Source of the DNA: an uncultured Alphaproteobacteria bacterium
Lineage (GTDB): Bacteria; Pseudomonadota; Alphaproteobacteria; Paracaedibacterales; CAITNM01
DNA: 64,000 bases
Direction of reading: 5' to 3'
Assembly: GCA_903874955.1 (NCBI GenBank)
Contig: CAIQTY010000025.1
Coordinates: 83,037 to 147,036, forward strand
Shown here: piece by piece, positions 37,042 through 46,165 of the stretch
How the letters are laid out: every line of letters starts with the position of its first letter
Numbering within the stretch: position 1 is the first letter of the stretch
The notes under the pieces: generated by a model
What the model saw: only the letters and a program-made list of their open reading frames with translations
What the model was told of the DNA's origin: nothing
Database searches by the model: none
Program-made: the position numbers and the translations under genes

Positions 37042-39204
37042 GTGAAAGCGATTGCGCGTAAACCTGTAGTCCGTCAGTACGAGCTAGTCGAGAAACTCAA
37101 GAAGTATGACCCACATACAAACGAGGACCTAGTTAATAGGGCTTACGTTTTCTGTATGAAGGTCCATGGGCAGCAGCTTCGCGCTTCTGGTGACCCTTAT
37201 TTTTATCATCCCTTAGAAGTTGCAAATATTCTAGCGAATATGAGATTGGATCATTATTCAATCATCACAGCCCTGCTTCATGATAGCATCGAAGATACTC
37301 TTACAACCCCTGAAGAAATTGAAAATTTATTTGGAAAAGAAATTGCCAAGCTAGTTGATGGAGTAACCAAGCTTTCTCAGTTAGAACTACAGTCAACATC
37401 ATCTCCGCAAGCTGAAAATTTTCGAAAATTATTTCTCGCTATGTCAAATGACATACGGGTTCTTTTGGTCAAACTTGCTGACCGAGTTCATAATATGCGA
37501 ACACTCCATTTTATTAAGGATGAGGAAAAACGTAAAAGAATTGCCCGGGAAACGCTGGAGATTTATGCTCCTTTGGCCAGCCGTATCGGGATTACAAAAT
37601 TTAAAGACGAACTTCATAACTATGCATTTGAGCATCTGTATCCCCGTGAATATGAAAATGTCATAGATCAATTAACAAATATGCCGCAAAGCCAGCAGTT
37701 GATTGAAAATATCAATGAGGACATTACAAAAGTTTTAGAAGCAGGCGGGCTGAAAGCTCAAGTTTTTGGTCGCGAAAAAACCCCCTATTCCATATGGAAA
37801 AAAATTCAAAAACGTAACATTACTTTTGAACAGCTATCTGATCTTATGGCCTTTCGAATCGTTGTCGATAATCTGCAACAATGCTACCAAGCCCTGGGAT
37901 TGATTCATAGCTCGTATATTATGGTGCCGGGGCGTTTCAAAGATTACATTAGTACACCTAAAGCGAATGGTTATCAGTCACTGCATACAACCCTAATTGG
38001 TCCTTATAACCAAAAAATTGAAATTCAAATTCGCACAAAAGCAATGCATGAGGTGTGTGAATTCGGTGTTGCAGCCCACTGGCATTATAAACAACGAACA
38101 AAAGATGGCGAGATAGTTAACGCCCACGATGGAACCCAATATAGTTGGGTGCGGAATCTTTTGGAAATTTTGGAACATGCAGACAGTCCGGATGAATTTT
38201 TAGAACATACGAAACTTGAAATGTTTCATGATCAAGTCTTTTGTTTTACACCAAAAGGCGAAGTTATTGCTTTGCCAAAAAAAGCTAGCGTTCTTGATTT
38301 TGCCTATGCAATTCATGGTCATGTAGGCAACAGAGCAACAAGTGCCAAAGTGAACGGTAAGCAGGTCCCTCTGCGAACTGAACTTTACAACGGCGATCAA
38401 GTAGAAATTATTACTTCCAGACAACAAGAACCCTCTCCAAGCTGGGAGAGATACGTCATTACTGGAAAAGCCAAAGCTCAAATTCGCAAATTTATCAGAA
38501 CAAAAAAACGCAATCAATTCTATGAATTAGGAAGAACCCTTCTGATCAAATCCCTGCAAAAAGAGGGGATTTCCTATGACGAAAAAATTCTTGGCCAAAA
38601 CTTTAAAGAAAACACCCAAAATAACGTAGAAGACATTCTTATTGGCGTTGGCGAGGGAACCGTAAGCGTAAAAGAGGTAGTGAAGTATTTCAAACCTCAA
38701 GGTAGCCCTGCCCCATCCGAAGACATAATAAAAATAAAACAAAAAAAACCTCAAGAAGACTCAACAAAAATTGCAATAAAGGGTTTGATTCCAGGAATGG
38801 CAATTCATTATGCAGGATGCTGTCACCCTATACCCGGAGATACTATTGTAGGTGTTGTTCATACTGGAAAGGGAATAACCATTCATACAAATGATTGTCA
38901 GCAGTTGGTTTCAATTCCATCTGAAGAAGGATTCTTAGATCTTGCTTGGAATGAAAATCCTGATAGTGGTATTTTTTCAGGACGATTGAAAATCGTATTT
39001 CTTAATACCCAGGGTGCTTTAGCATTAATTACAACCGCAATTAGTAAATGCGGCGCCGATATTAATAATTTAAAAATTGCCAGTAGACAGACAGAATTTT
39101 GGGAAATTATTACAGATATAGGCGTGCGTGACAAAGAGCAGCTCCAACAAATCCAAGCAAGCCTCAGAACCCTTAGTATTGTTAGTCAGGTTGATAGGCA
39201 ATGA
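37042..39204 (+). CDS. spoT: Bifunctional (p)ppGpp synthetase/hydrolase (long RSH)
   Basis: HD motif LLHDSIED, KLADRVHNMRTL, YQSLHT, EIQIRT, TGS domain DFAYAIH, CC.P.PGD and C-terminal ACT domain. Confidence 0.97.
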   Translation: MKAIARKPVVRQYELVEKLKKYDPHTNEDLVNRAYVFCMKVHGQQLRASGDPYFYHPLEVANILANMRLDHYSIITALLHDSIEDTLTTPEEIENLFGKEIAKLVDGVTKLSQLELQSTSSPQAENFRKLFLAMSNDIRVLLVKLADRVHNMRTLHFIKDEEKRKRIARETLEIYAPLASRIGITKFKDELHNYAFEHLYPREYENVIDQLTNMPQSQQLIENINEDITKVLEAGGLKAQVFGREKTPYSIWKKIQKRNITFEQLSDLMAFRIVVDNLQQCYQALGLIHSSYIMVPGRFKDYISTPKANGYQSLHTTLIGPYNQKIEIQIRTKAMHEVCEFGVAAHWHYKQRTKDGEIVNAHDGTQYSWVRNLLEILEHADSPDEFLEHTKLEMFHDQVFCFTPKGEVIALPKKASVLDFAYAIHGHVGNRATSAKVNGKQVPLRTELYNGDQVEIITSRQQEPSPSWERYVITGKAKAQIRKFIRTKKRNQFYELGRTLLIKSLQKEGISYDEKILGQNFKENTQNNVEDILIGVGEGTVSVKEVVKYFKPQGSPAPSEDIIKIKQKKPQEDSTKIAIKGLIPGMAIHYAGCCHPIPGDTIVGVVHTGKGITIHTNDCQQLVSIPSEEGFLDLAWNENPDSGIFSGRLKIVFLNTQGALALITTAISKCGADINNLKIASRQTEFWEIITDIGVRDKEQLQQIQASLRTLSIVSQVDRQ

Positions 39205-39584
39205 TTTTAGGAATTGGCTGCGATATTTGTGATATCAATCGCATTGAAAAACTTATCGAATCGCAAAAAGAAAAATTTTTAAAACGAGTATTCACTTTTT
39301 CTGAACGGGAACGAAGCCTAAAAAAACATCATCCAGCTGCAAGCTTTGCCAAGATATTTGCAGCAAAAGAAGCCTTGGTAAAAGCGCTGGGAGAAGCGAC
39401 TGACATTTCATGGCAAGATATTGAGGTTGTAAAAAATCAGCACGGTCGCCCTGAAGTTGTGCTGCATGGGCCAGCCCATCAAACAGCTATGAGATTAGCC
39501 GACAGCAATTACAGTTTGCATCTTAGCCTAAGCGATGAACCACCATACGCCATGGCTTACGCGATTTTTTGTAAAGTGGTTTAG
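39201..39584 (+). CDS. acpS: Holo-ACP synthase
   Basis: MILGIGCDI, FAAKEALVKALG, GRP and LSLSDE motifs. Confidence 0.96.
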   Translation: MILGIGCDICDINRIEKLIESQKEKFLKRVFTFSERERSLKKHHPAASFAKIFAAKEALVKALGEATDISWQDIEVVKNQHGRPEVVLHGPAHQTAMRLADSNYSLHLSLSDEPPYAMAYAIFCKVV

Positions 39585-39685
39585 TATCAGTATCTATTAT
39601 TTCTCATCACGATAATTATCTTTTTGTGGATTTCTAAATCATGACATGGTAGATTTTTAGTTTCAATAAACTATTAGCATTAATA

Positions 39686-41281
39686 ATGAAAAAGCTAATT
39701 ATAACTTTAAAATATGTTTTTATATTGTTTGTTGTGCTTGTAAATAACATTTTTACAGCACAGAGCCAACGTCCTGATATCAATCCTTATGACCCACGGG
39801 AAGCTTTTGATCAAACGAAAATTTATCAAAAATTTCCTGGTGGCCTGGAAAATGAAATCCGTGATGCAGTTTTAGCTACCTCAACAAATCCAGACGTAAT
39901 TAGATGGGATGAACAGCGCAAGAGAAAAACAATATGCTGTGTTCTTTCGTGCGGGATTAGTTCTTGCTTTGATATGACATCTCTTTTTGGTCGTTTTTCA
40001 TGTTTTAAGACAAATACCTATCAACAAGTACCTGCTAACGATGAGTTGGTAGAATTTTCAGCCAATACCCGAACGGTACTCAACGCAAGACTCGTAGATG
40101 ATTTTTTCAAAAAAAAATACGACGCGACAATGCGTCCGATCTACCAGGATATCATGGGACTTGGAGCCTTCGGCGTATTATTGGGTGGAGTTCCAGCGCT
40201 TGTTCCTATTGGTGCAATGGGGGGAAGCTTTGCCAACCTAATTTTGCTTTACCAAGGCAGCGATGTTCTGAACAATGTTCGAAGAGTTGTAACTTCCAAC
40301 TTAACGTCTCGTAACGATCCTTTATTAGTTTACGAAATTTCGTATGTTTTGCTGAAACGCTATTTACCTAGAAAATTACAAGAAAAAATTGAAATACAAT
40401 TTTCCGTAGGGCTTGCTAATACAATGAACCTTGAGGGACCAAGCTTATTTTTTGATACAGCCTTAGCCTTACCCCGTGAAATTTTGCCAATAAGTAAAGA
40501 GGGTATTGCACTTGGAACGTTCGTCAAAACCTATTTACAAGATTACCCTGAGATGAAAGTAACCCATACTGGTATAGAAGCAAAAACGGGAATAGAAGCG
40601 CAAAAAGAATTTCTAACGCCGCTTCTAATTCATTTAAAGCAACAAGCCCTTGCGCGTAAATATCTTTATATTGAGTCAGCAGCAGGCACAGGCAAGACAA
40701 CTTTTTGCAGAAAACTTGCTAAATTTTTTGGAATTCCTTTTATAAGTGTTAAAATGAGTAGCACTATAGATGATTTTATAGGATCAAAAGATAAACCAGG
40801 TTCATTGTTGAGTGCGATTACTAGTGAAGAATCAAAAGGTGCAAAAAACGCCCTAATTTTAATTGATGAAGCTGAGAGCTTATTTGACGAAAAGAACAAA
40901 GTTGGGCTGGCTAAAACAGTATTTGACCCTAAAGATCCTGGATTTCATAGTGATTTCTTAGGGATTCGAATCCCCCTTAATGACTATCTGATAGTATTTT
41001 GCGCTAATGCTCCCATTCCTGCGGAAAATGATCCGCAAGGTGCAATGAAATCAAGGACCATACCGGTACATTTAGGAGATTTAAGTACCCCTGCTAAACA
41101 GAGAATTTTGAAACTAGATAAATTCCCTGAATTGCAAAAATCCATCAGTGTTGAGTTAGACGAGACTGATTGGACTGCTTTTGAGTCACAAAATCCTCTC
41201 ACACAAAACATGAGAGCACTCGAAGCTGCTTTGCAGGAATATATGCGCAATAAAAATGGTGAATATGCTGGCTTAAATTAA
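39686..41281 (+). CDS. Putative exported/membrane-anchored protein with a Lon-type AAA+ ATPase domain and no protease domain
   Basis: Hydrophobic N-terminus; Walker A SAAGTGKTT; Walker B LILIDEAE; FDP...F.SDFL.I.I.L...LIVFCAN (Lon-like sensor-1 region); MKSR; NMRALE. Confidence 0.7.
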   Translation: MKKLIITLKYVFILFVVLVNNIFTAQSQRPDINPYDPREAFDQTKIYQKFPGGLENEIRDAVLATSTNPDVIRWDEQRKRKTICCVLSCGISSCFDMTSLFGRFSCFKTNTYQQVPANDELVEFSANTRTVLNARLVDDFFKKKYDATMRPIYQDIMGLGAFGVLLGGVPALVPIGAMGGSFANLILLYQGSDVLNNVRRVVTSNLTSRNDPLLVYEISYVLLKRYLPRKLQEKIEIQFSVGLANTMNLEGPSLFFDTALALPREILPISKEGIALGTFVKTYLQDYPEMKVTHTGIEAKTGIEAQKEFLTPLLIHLKQQALARKYLYIESAAGTGKTTFCRKLAKFFGIPFISVKMSSTIDDFIGSKDKPGSLLSAITSEESKGAKNALILIDEAESLFDEKNKVGLAKTVFDPKDPGFHSDFLGIRIPLNDYLIVFCANAPIPAENDPQGAMKSRTIPVHLGDLSTPAKQRILKLDKFPELQKSISVELDETDWTAFESQNPLTQNMRALEAALQEYMRNKNGEYAGLN

Positions 41282-41352
41282 ATAAGAGCAGAATAATATT
41301 CGAAAAACTATACAGCTCTGGCTATTCAACGCAACATGGTAAATATTTGTCG

Positions 41353-42756
41353 CTACTGGGTATTTCTTATGGCACCCCATTGTGCCTTTAAAATAGTTGC
41401 AGCATCCGTCTTGAGCCTCTTAAATATAGCGATTACCTCACGGTAGTTGTATATGCTCACTTGTTTGGGAGTGCCTTCATATCCTGCATACTTAAATAAA
41501 TGAAATGCCTCAAACCTGTTTTTTGCCTCGGCTTGTGGTCCATAGCACTCGATAGAATAACATTTACCATTAAATGTAAGTTTCACGTTTATCATCTGTT
41601 TTCTAATATCATCAATAGCTAAGGTGCAGGGAACAGCATAAAGCCGACCATCAGGACTAGACCATTCTAAAGTATCTTCGAATCTAACTTCGGTCTTAGA
41701 TAAAAAATTATCAATAAGCATTTTATGCGCTGTTTTTAAAGAACAATAGCCTTTATCACCTAAGGCTGTAATCTTACCTATTACCTCTTTAATAGTATGA
41801 TTTAGCGCCCATCTGCCTATAAAAATCGGTACGCTGTAAACATTATTTGCTAAAAGCATGTTATCAATAAAAGGATCAAATGCATCTATATCAGAGTTCA
41901 CTTTTTTAATAAATTTTGAAGCGATATCGGGGTCTTTTAATTCATCAAACGAATATACGTTGTAGCTATTAGAAAGCACCCCGAAACTTTCATGAAAAAA
42001 ACTAAATATAAATGCGTCAACTACACGCCTTTCTTTACTATCGCAATTTAACCGATCACGAATACTTTTAAGTTTTTGATATCCAGGATAAAAATATGGC
42101 CAAAATTTATCATTAATAATGCATGCTGCTGCATGACCAATATCGTGCTGAAAAAAATCGTAAACTTTTTTGAATTCTCCACCGTGAACTCCATCTGTGA
42201 GTTCATGATTTGGAAGGCTTACATAATATTTTGGTTTTTTGTGGAAACACCCATCAACAAACCGTTCAAATTTCAGTCCTCCGTTTGGTACGCAAAGAAA
42301 ATAAACGTCAGAATAATCTAGGACATGATCTACATTATGCATACGGAAGTCAAAATACGATTCTGGTAAATCGGCACCTAATTCTTGTAATTTTTCAGTT
42401 TTGTCACAAGCTTTCGCTAAAGCATCAAAACAGCGAAAAGCCTCTTGAAAACTTAACCTGGAAGAGGCATTTTTTGCACAGGCAATATCCTTGATTTTAT
42501 CAACAAAATCACAACGGCTCGATTCACTAGCAACCGCTGATTTTACATAATCAGCCATAAACACAACTCGCTCAATTAAACCGGGAATGTGCGTAGATTT
42601 CCATGAAAAGTTGCTAAGTGTTTCCAGAGTAGAATAGATTTCTCCCCAAGCATTCATTTGACTATCAACTGATTGATTAGCTGGTTGGGTACTAGCAGAG
42701 GCAGCAAGACTTGTAGAAAAGAACAAAAACACTAAAAGATATTTTATATTAATCAT
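41353..42756 (-). CDS. Secreted hypothetical protein with HDxxH and HE motifs
   Basis: 467-aa ORF with a signal peptide (FLFFSTSLAASA), DGVHGG...DFFQHDIGHA and FFHES. Confidence 0.65.
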   Translation of the reverse strand: MINIKYLLVFLFFSTSLAASASTQPANQSVDSQMNAWGEIYSTLETLSNFSWKSTHIPGLIERVVFMADYVKSAVASESSRCDFVDKIKDIACAKNASSRLSFQEAFRCFDALAKACDKTEKLQELGADLPESYFDFRMHNVDHVLDYSDVYFLCVPNGGLKFERFVDGCFHKKPKYYVSLPNHELTDGVHGGEFKKVYDFFQHDIGHAAACIINDKFWPYFYPGYQKLKSIRDRLNCDSKERRVVDAFIFSFFHESFGVLSNSYNVYSFDELKDPDIASKFIKKVNSDIDAFDPFIDNMLLANNVYSVPIFIGRWALNHTIKEVIGKITALGDKGYCSLKTAHKMLIDNFLSKTEVRFEDTLEWSSPDGRLYAVPCTLAIDDIRKQMINVKLTFNGKCYSIECYGPQAEAKNRFEAFHLFKYAGYEGTPKQVSIYNYREVIAIFKRLKTDAATILKAQWGAIRNTQ

Positions 42757-42856
42757 TTCTTAAAAATAATTTTAAATATCATAAAAAGTTTAACATAAAA
42801 ATGCTGCATTTTAAAACCAGAAGCATTAACCTCTATATTTGAAACATTAAAACGGT

Positions 42857-42872
42857 TTAACTCGTTTTTAAC
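42857..42872 (+). promoter_or_regulatory. Candidate CtrA binding site TTAA-N7-TTAAC
   Basis: ttaa-ctcgttt-ttaac in the divergent promoter region of the 42756 ORF and 6S RNA. Confidence 0.4.
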
Positions 42873-42931
42873 AGATTATCGTTTACATTAAAGGTATGGG
42901 AAAGATCTAACACTTGTGATAGAGTTTCTCT

Positions 42932-43078
42932 GTGCGGTAGCGTTTGTGTGAGTCACATCCCTTGGCCCAGTTTACATCCTAGGGAGCTGTCCCTGGCATA
43001 GCTGTTGGCTTTGTTATATGGCACCCACCTGGCATTTTGGCCACGAGAGGATCTCCCACTCCACGGCGCCGGCGGCAC
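42932..43078 (+). ncRNA. ssrS: 6S RNA
   Basis: About 150-nt GC-rich rod in AT-rich DNA with terminal GTGC/GCAC pairing. Carries the alphaproteobacterial 6S motifs GGGAGCTGTCCCTG, GGCACCCACCT and ACTCCACGGC. Ends are approximate. Confidence 0.8.
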
Positions 43079-43098
43079 TTTATTTTTTTGGAGTTTAG

Positions 43099-44091
43099 AT
43101 GACAATCTTAACCCGTTTTCAGGGCAGTGCTGCGATCATTACCTTGAATCGCCCGCAAAGATATAATGCAAGTAATTTAGAAACAATCACGCAAATCGCA
43201 GAATTTCTAAGTGAATGTCGCGAAAATACCAAGATAAAAAAAATTATTATTAGTTCTGATCATCCGAAGGCTTTTTGCGCAGGGGGAGATATAAAGGCCG
43301 CCTATGATGCAATGAATACCAAAAATTTAGATGATGCCAAAGCTTTTTTTGAACTTGAATATAAACTGATTTATTCCCTAGCAACTTACCCCAAACCGAT
43401 TATTAGCCTTGTAAATGGCCTATGTTTTGGGGGCGGCATGGGACTTTCCATGCACAATGCAATTCGCGTACTGACACAGAATGCTATGCTCGGCATGCCA
43501 GAAACAATTATTGGTTTCTTTCCTGATGTTGGAGCGAGCTTTAGGTTTGCTCAGTTTCCCAAGGCTTGGGCTAATTATTATGCACTTACTGGCAATACAA
43601 TTCCCATCGCACATGCTCTTAGATGGAACATGGCCGATTATTTTGTCGATGCAAGCTGTTTGCCAGCGCTTTTAGACGCTTTAACGCATGATGCTCCACC
43701 CGAGAAAATTTTTGAAAATTTTAGCAAGCAGGCACCAGATGAGTCAGTTTTTGGGGAAAATTGGGTTGAGGATGTTTTTGAAAAAGGCTTACAGGAAATA
43801 TTTGAGACTTTGAAAGTTCACGAAAATTCAGAAACGCAAAAAACGCTTATAGATTTAAACGCGAGGTCTCCGCTTAGCCTTCGAGTGACCCATAAGCTGC
43901 TTGAAGTAACATCGTCTCTTGATTTAAAAAAATCCCTGGAACTAGACAATATTATTGCCCTGAACTTTATGAAAGATTCTGATTTTCAAGAAGGCATCCG
44001 CGCCCAAATTATTGATAAGGATAAAAATCCAAAATGGAAATATGGGCCCCTTGATATTAATGATGATAAAGTTGAAGCCTTTTTTAGGTAG
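43099..44091 (+). CDS. Enoyl-CoA hydratase family, 3-hydroxyisobutyryl-CoA hydrolase-like
   Basis: ITLNRP, AFCAGGDI, GGGMGLS, MPETIIGFFPDVG and DFQEGIRA..IDKDKNPKW motifs. Confidence 0.92.
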   Translation: MTILTRFQGSAAIITLNRPQRYNASNLETITQIAEFLSECRENTKIKKIIISSDHPKAFCAGGDIKAAYDAMNTKNLDDAKAFFELEYKLIYSLATYPKPIISLVNGLCFGGGMGLSMHNAIRVLTQNAMLGMPETIIGFFPDVGASFRFAQFPKAWANYYALTGNTIPIAHALRWNMADYFVDASCLPALLDALTHDAPPEKIFENFSKQAPDESVFGENWVEDVFEKGLQEIFETLKVHENSETQKTLIDLNARSPLSLRVTHKLLEVTSSLDLKKSLELDNIIALNFMKDSDFQEGIRAQIIDKDKNPKWKYGPLDINDDKVEAFFR

Positions 44092-44094
44092 TTT

Positions 44095-44643
44095 TCAAAA
44101 CCTATTTTTATTACCCCATGTCATACGCGTTAAGGTATCATCTTTCAAAATAAAATGATGAACAAGAGCCATAATCACATGCACTGTTACTAAACCATAA
44201 ATAACATACGAGAGAATTTCGTGCGATTCATGAAAAAATCCGCCTAATGCGGGATTCTTTTGCAAAAGCAACGGTACTTGGAAAAAACCAAAATAAGAAA
44301 CGGAGTGTCCTCCAGCTGAAGACATTAAGTATCCGCTAAGCGGCATAAGGACCATAAGCAGATACAAAGAGTAATGCCCTAGCCTTGCCGCTAAGTTCCA
44401 AAGTGGTGATAGATTCTTAGAAATAGCTGGCACGCCGTGTACAATGCGATAGAAAAATCGAATTAGTACTAACACAAGTATTGTGATACCAACCGATTTG
44501 TGAAGACCATAGAGTTGGAATTTTTCTGGCGAATTATTCATATCCTGCATAATATATGCAACTGCATAGAGACCAACAAAAGCCAGTGCCATGCCCCAAT
44601 GAAGAATTTTCATAACTAAACTGTATCTTTTACGATCTTGCAT
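44095..44643 (-). CDS. Cytochrome b561 (CybB/YceJ-like)
   Basis: LHW, HKSVG, H..LY, P.SG, HE and H...AL.HH heme ligands; 4 TMs. Confidence 0.92.
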   Translation of the reverse strand: MQDRKRYSLVMKILHWGMALAFVGLYAVAYIMQDMNNSPEKFQLYGLHKSVGITILVLVLIRFFYRIVHGVPAISKNLSPLWNLAARLGHYSLYLLMVLMPLSGYLMSSAGGHSVSYFGFFQVPLLLQKNPALGGFFHESHEILSYVIYGLVTVHVIMALVHHFILKDDTLTRMTWGNKNRF

Positions 44644-44818
44644 TATTAGATTTTCTTAAAGGTCTATACCTTATAGTATTGACGAATTATAGGATTTTGA
44701 AAATAGCCTAAAAACACAGAGAATATTTTTAGTAAAGCAGTCACAGAGTTGCGCAAAAGTCTAAAAATAGGCATAAATCTTAAGTAGGATAACCAGTTAA
44801 TTTTAAAAGAAATATAAT

Positions 44819-46165
44819 ATGAAAATCACGTTAGTTGGTACTGGATATGTTGGTTTAGTAAGCGGAGCATGTTTTGCTGAATTTGGCTTTGAAATCACTT
44901 GTGTTGATAGAGATACAGCAAAAATTGATGCCCTAAAGCAAGGAAAGATTCCTATTTATGAACCAGGACTTGATTCATTGGTTGCACAAGGCATTAAATC
45001 GAATCGCCTTAGTTTTACAACCGATTTAAAAACTGCTGTAAAAGCTTCAAATGTTGTGATGATAGCTGTTGGAACACCGAGTCGTCGTGGAGATGGCCAT
45101 GCCGATTTAACCTATGTTTATCAGGCCGCCGAAGACATTGCTAATGCAATTGCTGGTTACACAGTCGTTGTGACCAAATCAACTGTACCGGTTGGAACAT
45201 CTAGACAAGTTGCTGAAATTATTAAAAAAACCAGACCAAATTTTATTGAGGGAATTCATTTTGATGTAGCATCTAACCCTGAATTTTTGCGAGAAGGCTC
45301 TGCCATTAATGATTTTATGCGACCAGATCGAGTAGTTATTGGAACAAATAACGCCAAAGCTTGTGAAATTTTGCAAAAGCTCTATAGACCCTTGTATCTT
45401 ATTGAAACGCCAATTGTTTCAACTAATCCTGAAACGTCAGAGCTGATAAAATATGCTGCAAATGGGTTTTTAGCAATGAAGATTTCTTTCATTAACCAAA
45501 TGGCGGATTTATGCGAAAAAACTGGGGGAGATGTACAGGTACTTGCCAAAGGCATCGGGCTTGATAAACGTATTGGCGGAAAATTTTTGAATGCAGGACC
45601 TGGTTACGGGGGATCTTGCTTTCCAAAAGATACTCGTGCTTTAAGCCAAATAGCAGAACAACATGGAACAAAATGTTCTCTTATTGACGAGGTTTCTACT
45701 TATAATGAAAAACGAAAATCCGATATGGCAAACCGGATTCTCATAGCTCTAACTGATCATCATGCACCCAAAAAAGTAGCTATTTTAGGACTTACCTTTA
45801 AACCGAATACAGATGATCTGCGTGAGGCCCCTAGCCTTGCCATTATTCCTGAACTTTTAAAAAATGACATTGAAGTTTCGGTTTATGACCCCTTGTATTT
45901 TAAAGGGTGTGAGCGCTTGAATCACGCAATAAGTTTTGAAGAATCTTTGAAAGAGGTGTGCTTTTCAGCATCGGCTTATGATGCCATAAAAAATGCAGCA
46001 TGCGTTGTAATTTTAACGGAATGGAATGAATTTAGAGCGCTTGATATGGAAAAAGTATGCGAACTTATGGATAACACAGTAGCGCCATTATTTATGGATT
46101 TTAGAAATATTTATAGGGCTGAGGAGATGAGGAAATTCAGGTATTATGGAGTTGGGAAGGGCTAG
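44819..46165 (+). CDS. ugd: UDP-glucose 6-dehydrogenase
   Basis: GTGYVGL, KSTVPVGT, SNPEFLREG, GYGGSCFPKD and FKPNTDDLR motifs. Confidence 0.96.
   Translation: MKITLVGTGYVGLVSGACFAEFGFEITCVDRDTAKIDALKQGKIPIYEPGLDSLVAQGIKSNRLSFTTDLKTAVKASNVVMIAVGTPSRRGDGHADLTYVYQAAEDIANAIAGYTVVVTKSTVPVGTSRQVAEIIKKTRPNFIEGIHFDVASNPEFLREGSAINDFMRPDRVVIGTNNAKACEILQKLYRPLYLIETPIVSTNPETSELIKYAANGFLAMKISFINQMADLCEKTGGDVQVLAKGIGLDKRIGGKFLNAGPGYGGSCFPKDTRALSQIAEQHGTKCSLIDEVSTYNEKRKSDMANRILIALTDHHAPKKVAILGLTFKPNTDDLREAPSLAIIPELLKNDIEVSVYDPLYFKGCERLNHAISFEESLKEVCFSASAYDAIKNAACVVILTEWNEFRALDMEKVCELMDNTVAPLFMDFRNIYRAEEMRKFRYYGVGKG

Noticed and set aside
40568-40603. 18-bp imperfect tandem duplication (TGIEAK TGIEAQ) in the AAA+ gene
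   Set aside because: Real but in frame and only two copies; no evidence of function.
42932-43078. SRP RNA or a riboswitch
   Set aside because: Lacks the SRP CAGG-GGAA-AGCAG core; length and motifs fit 6S RNA.
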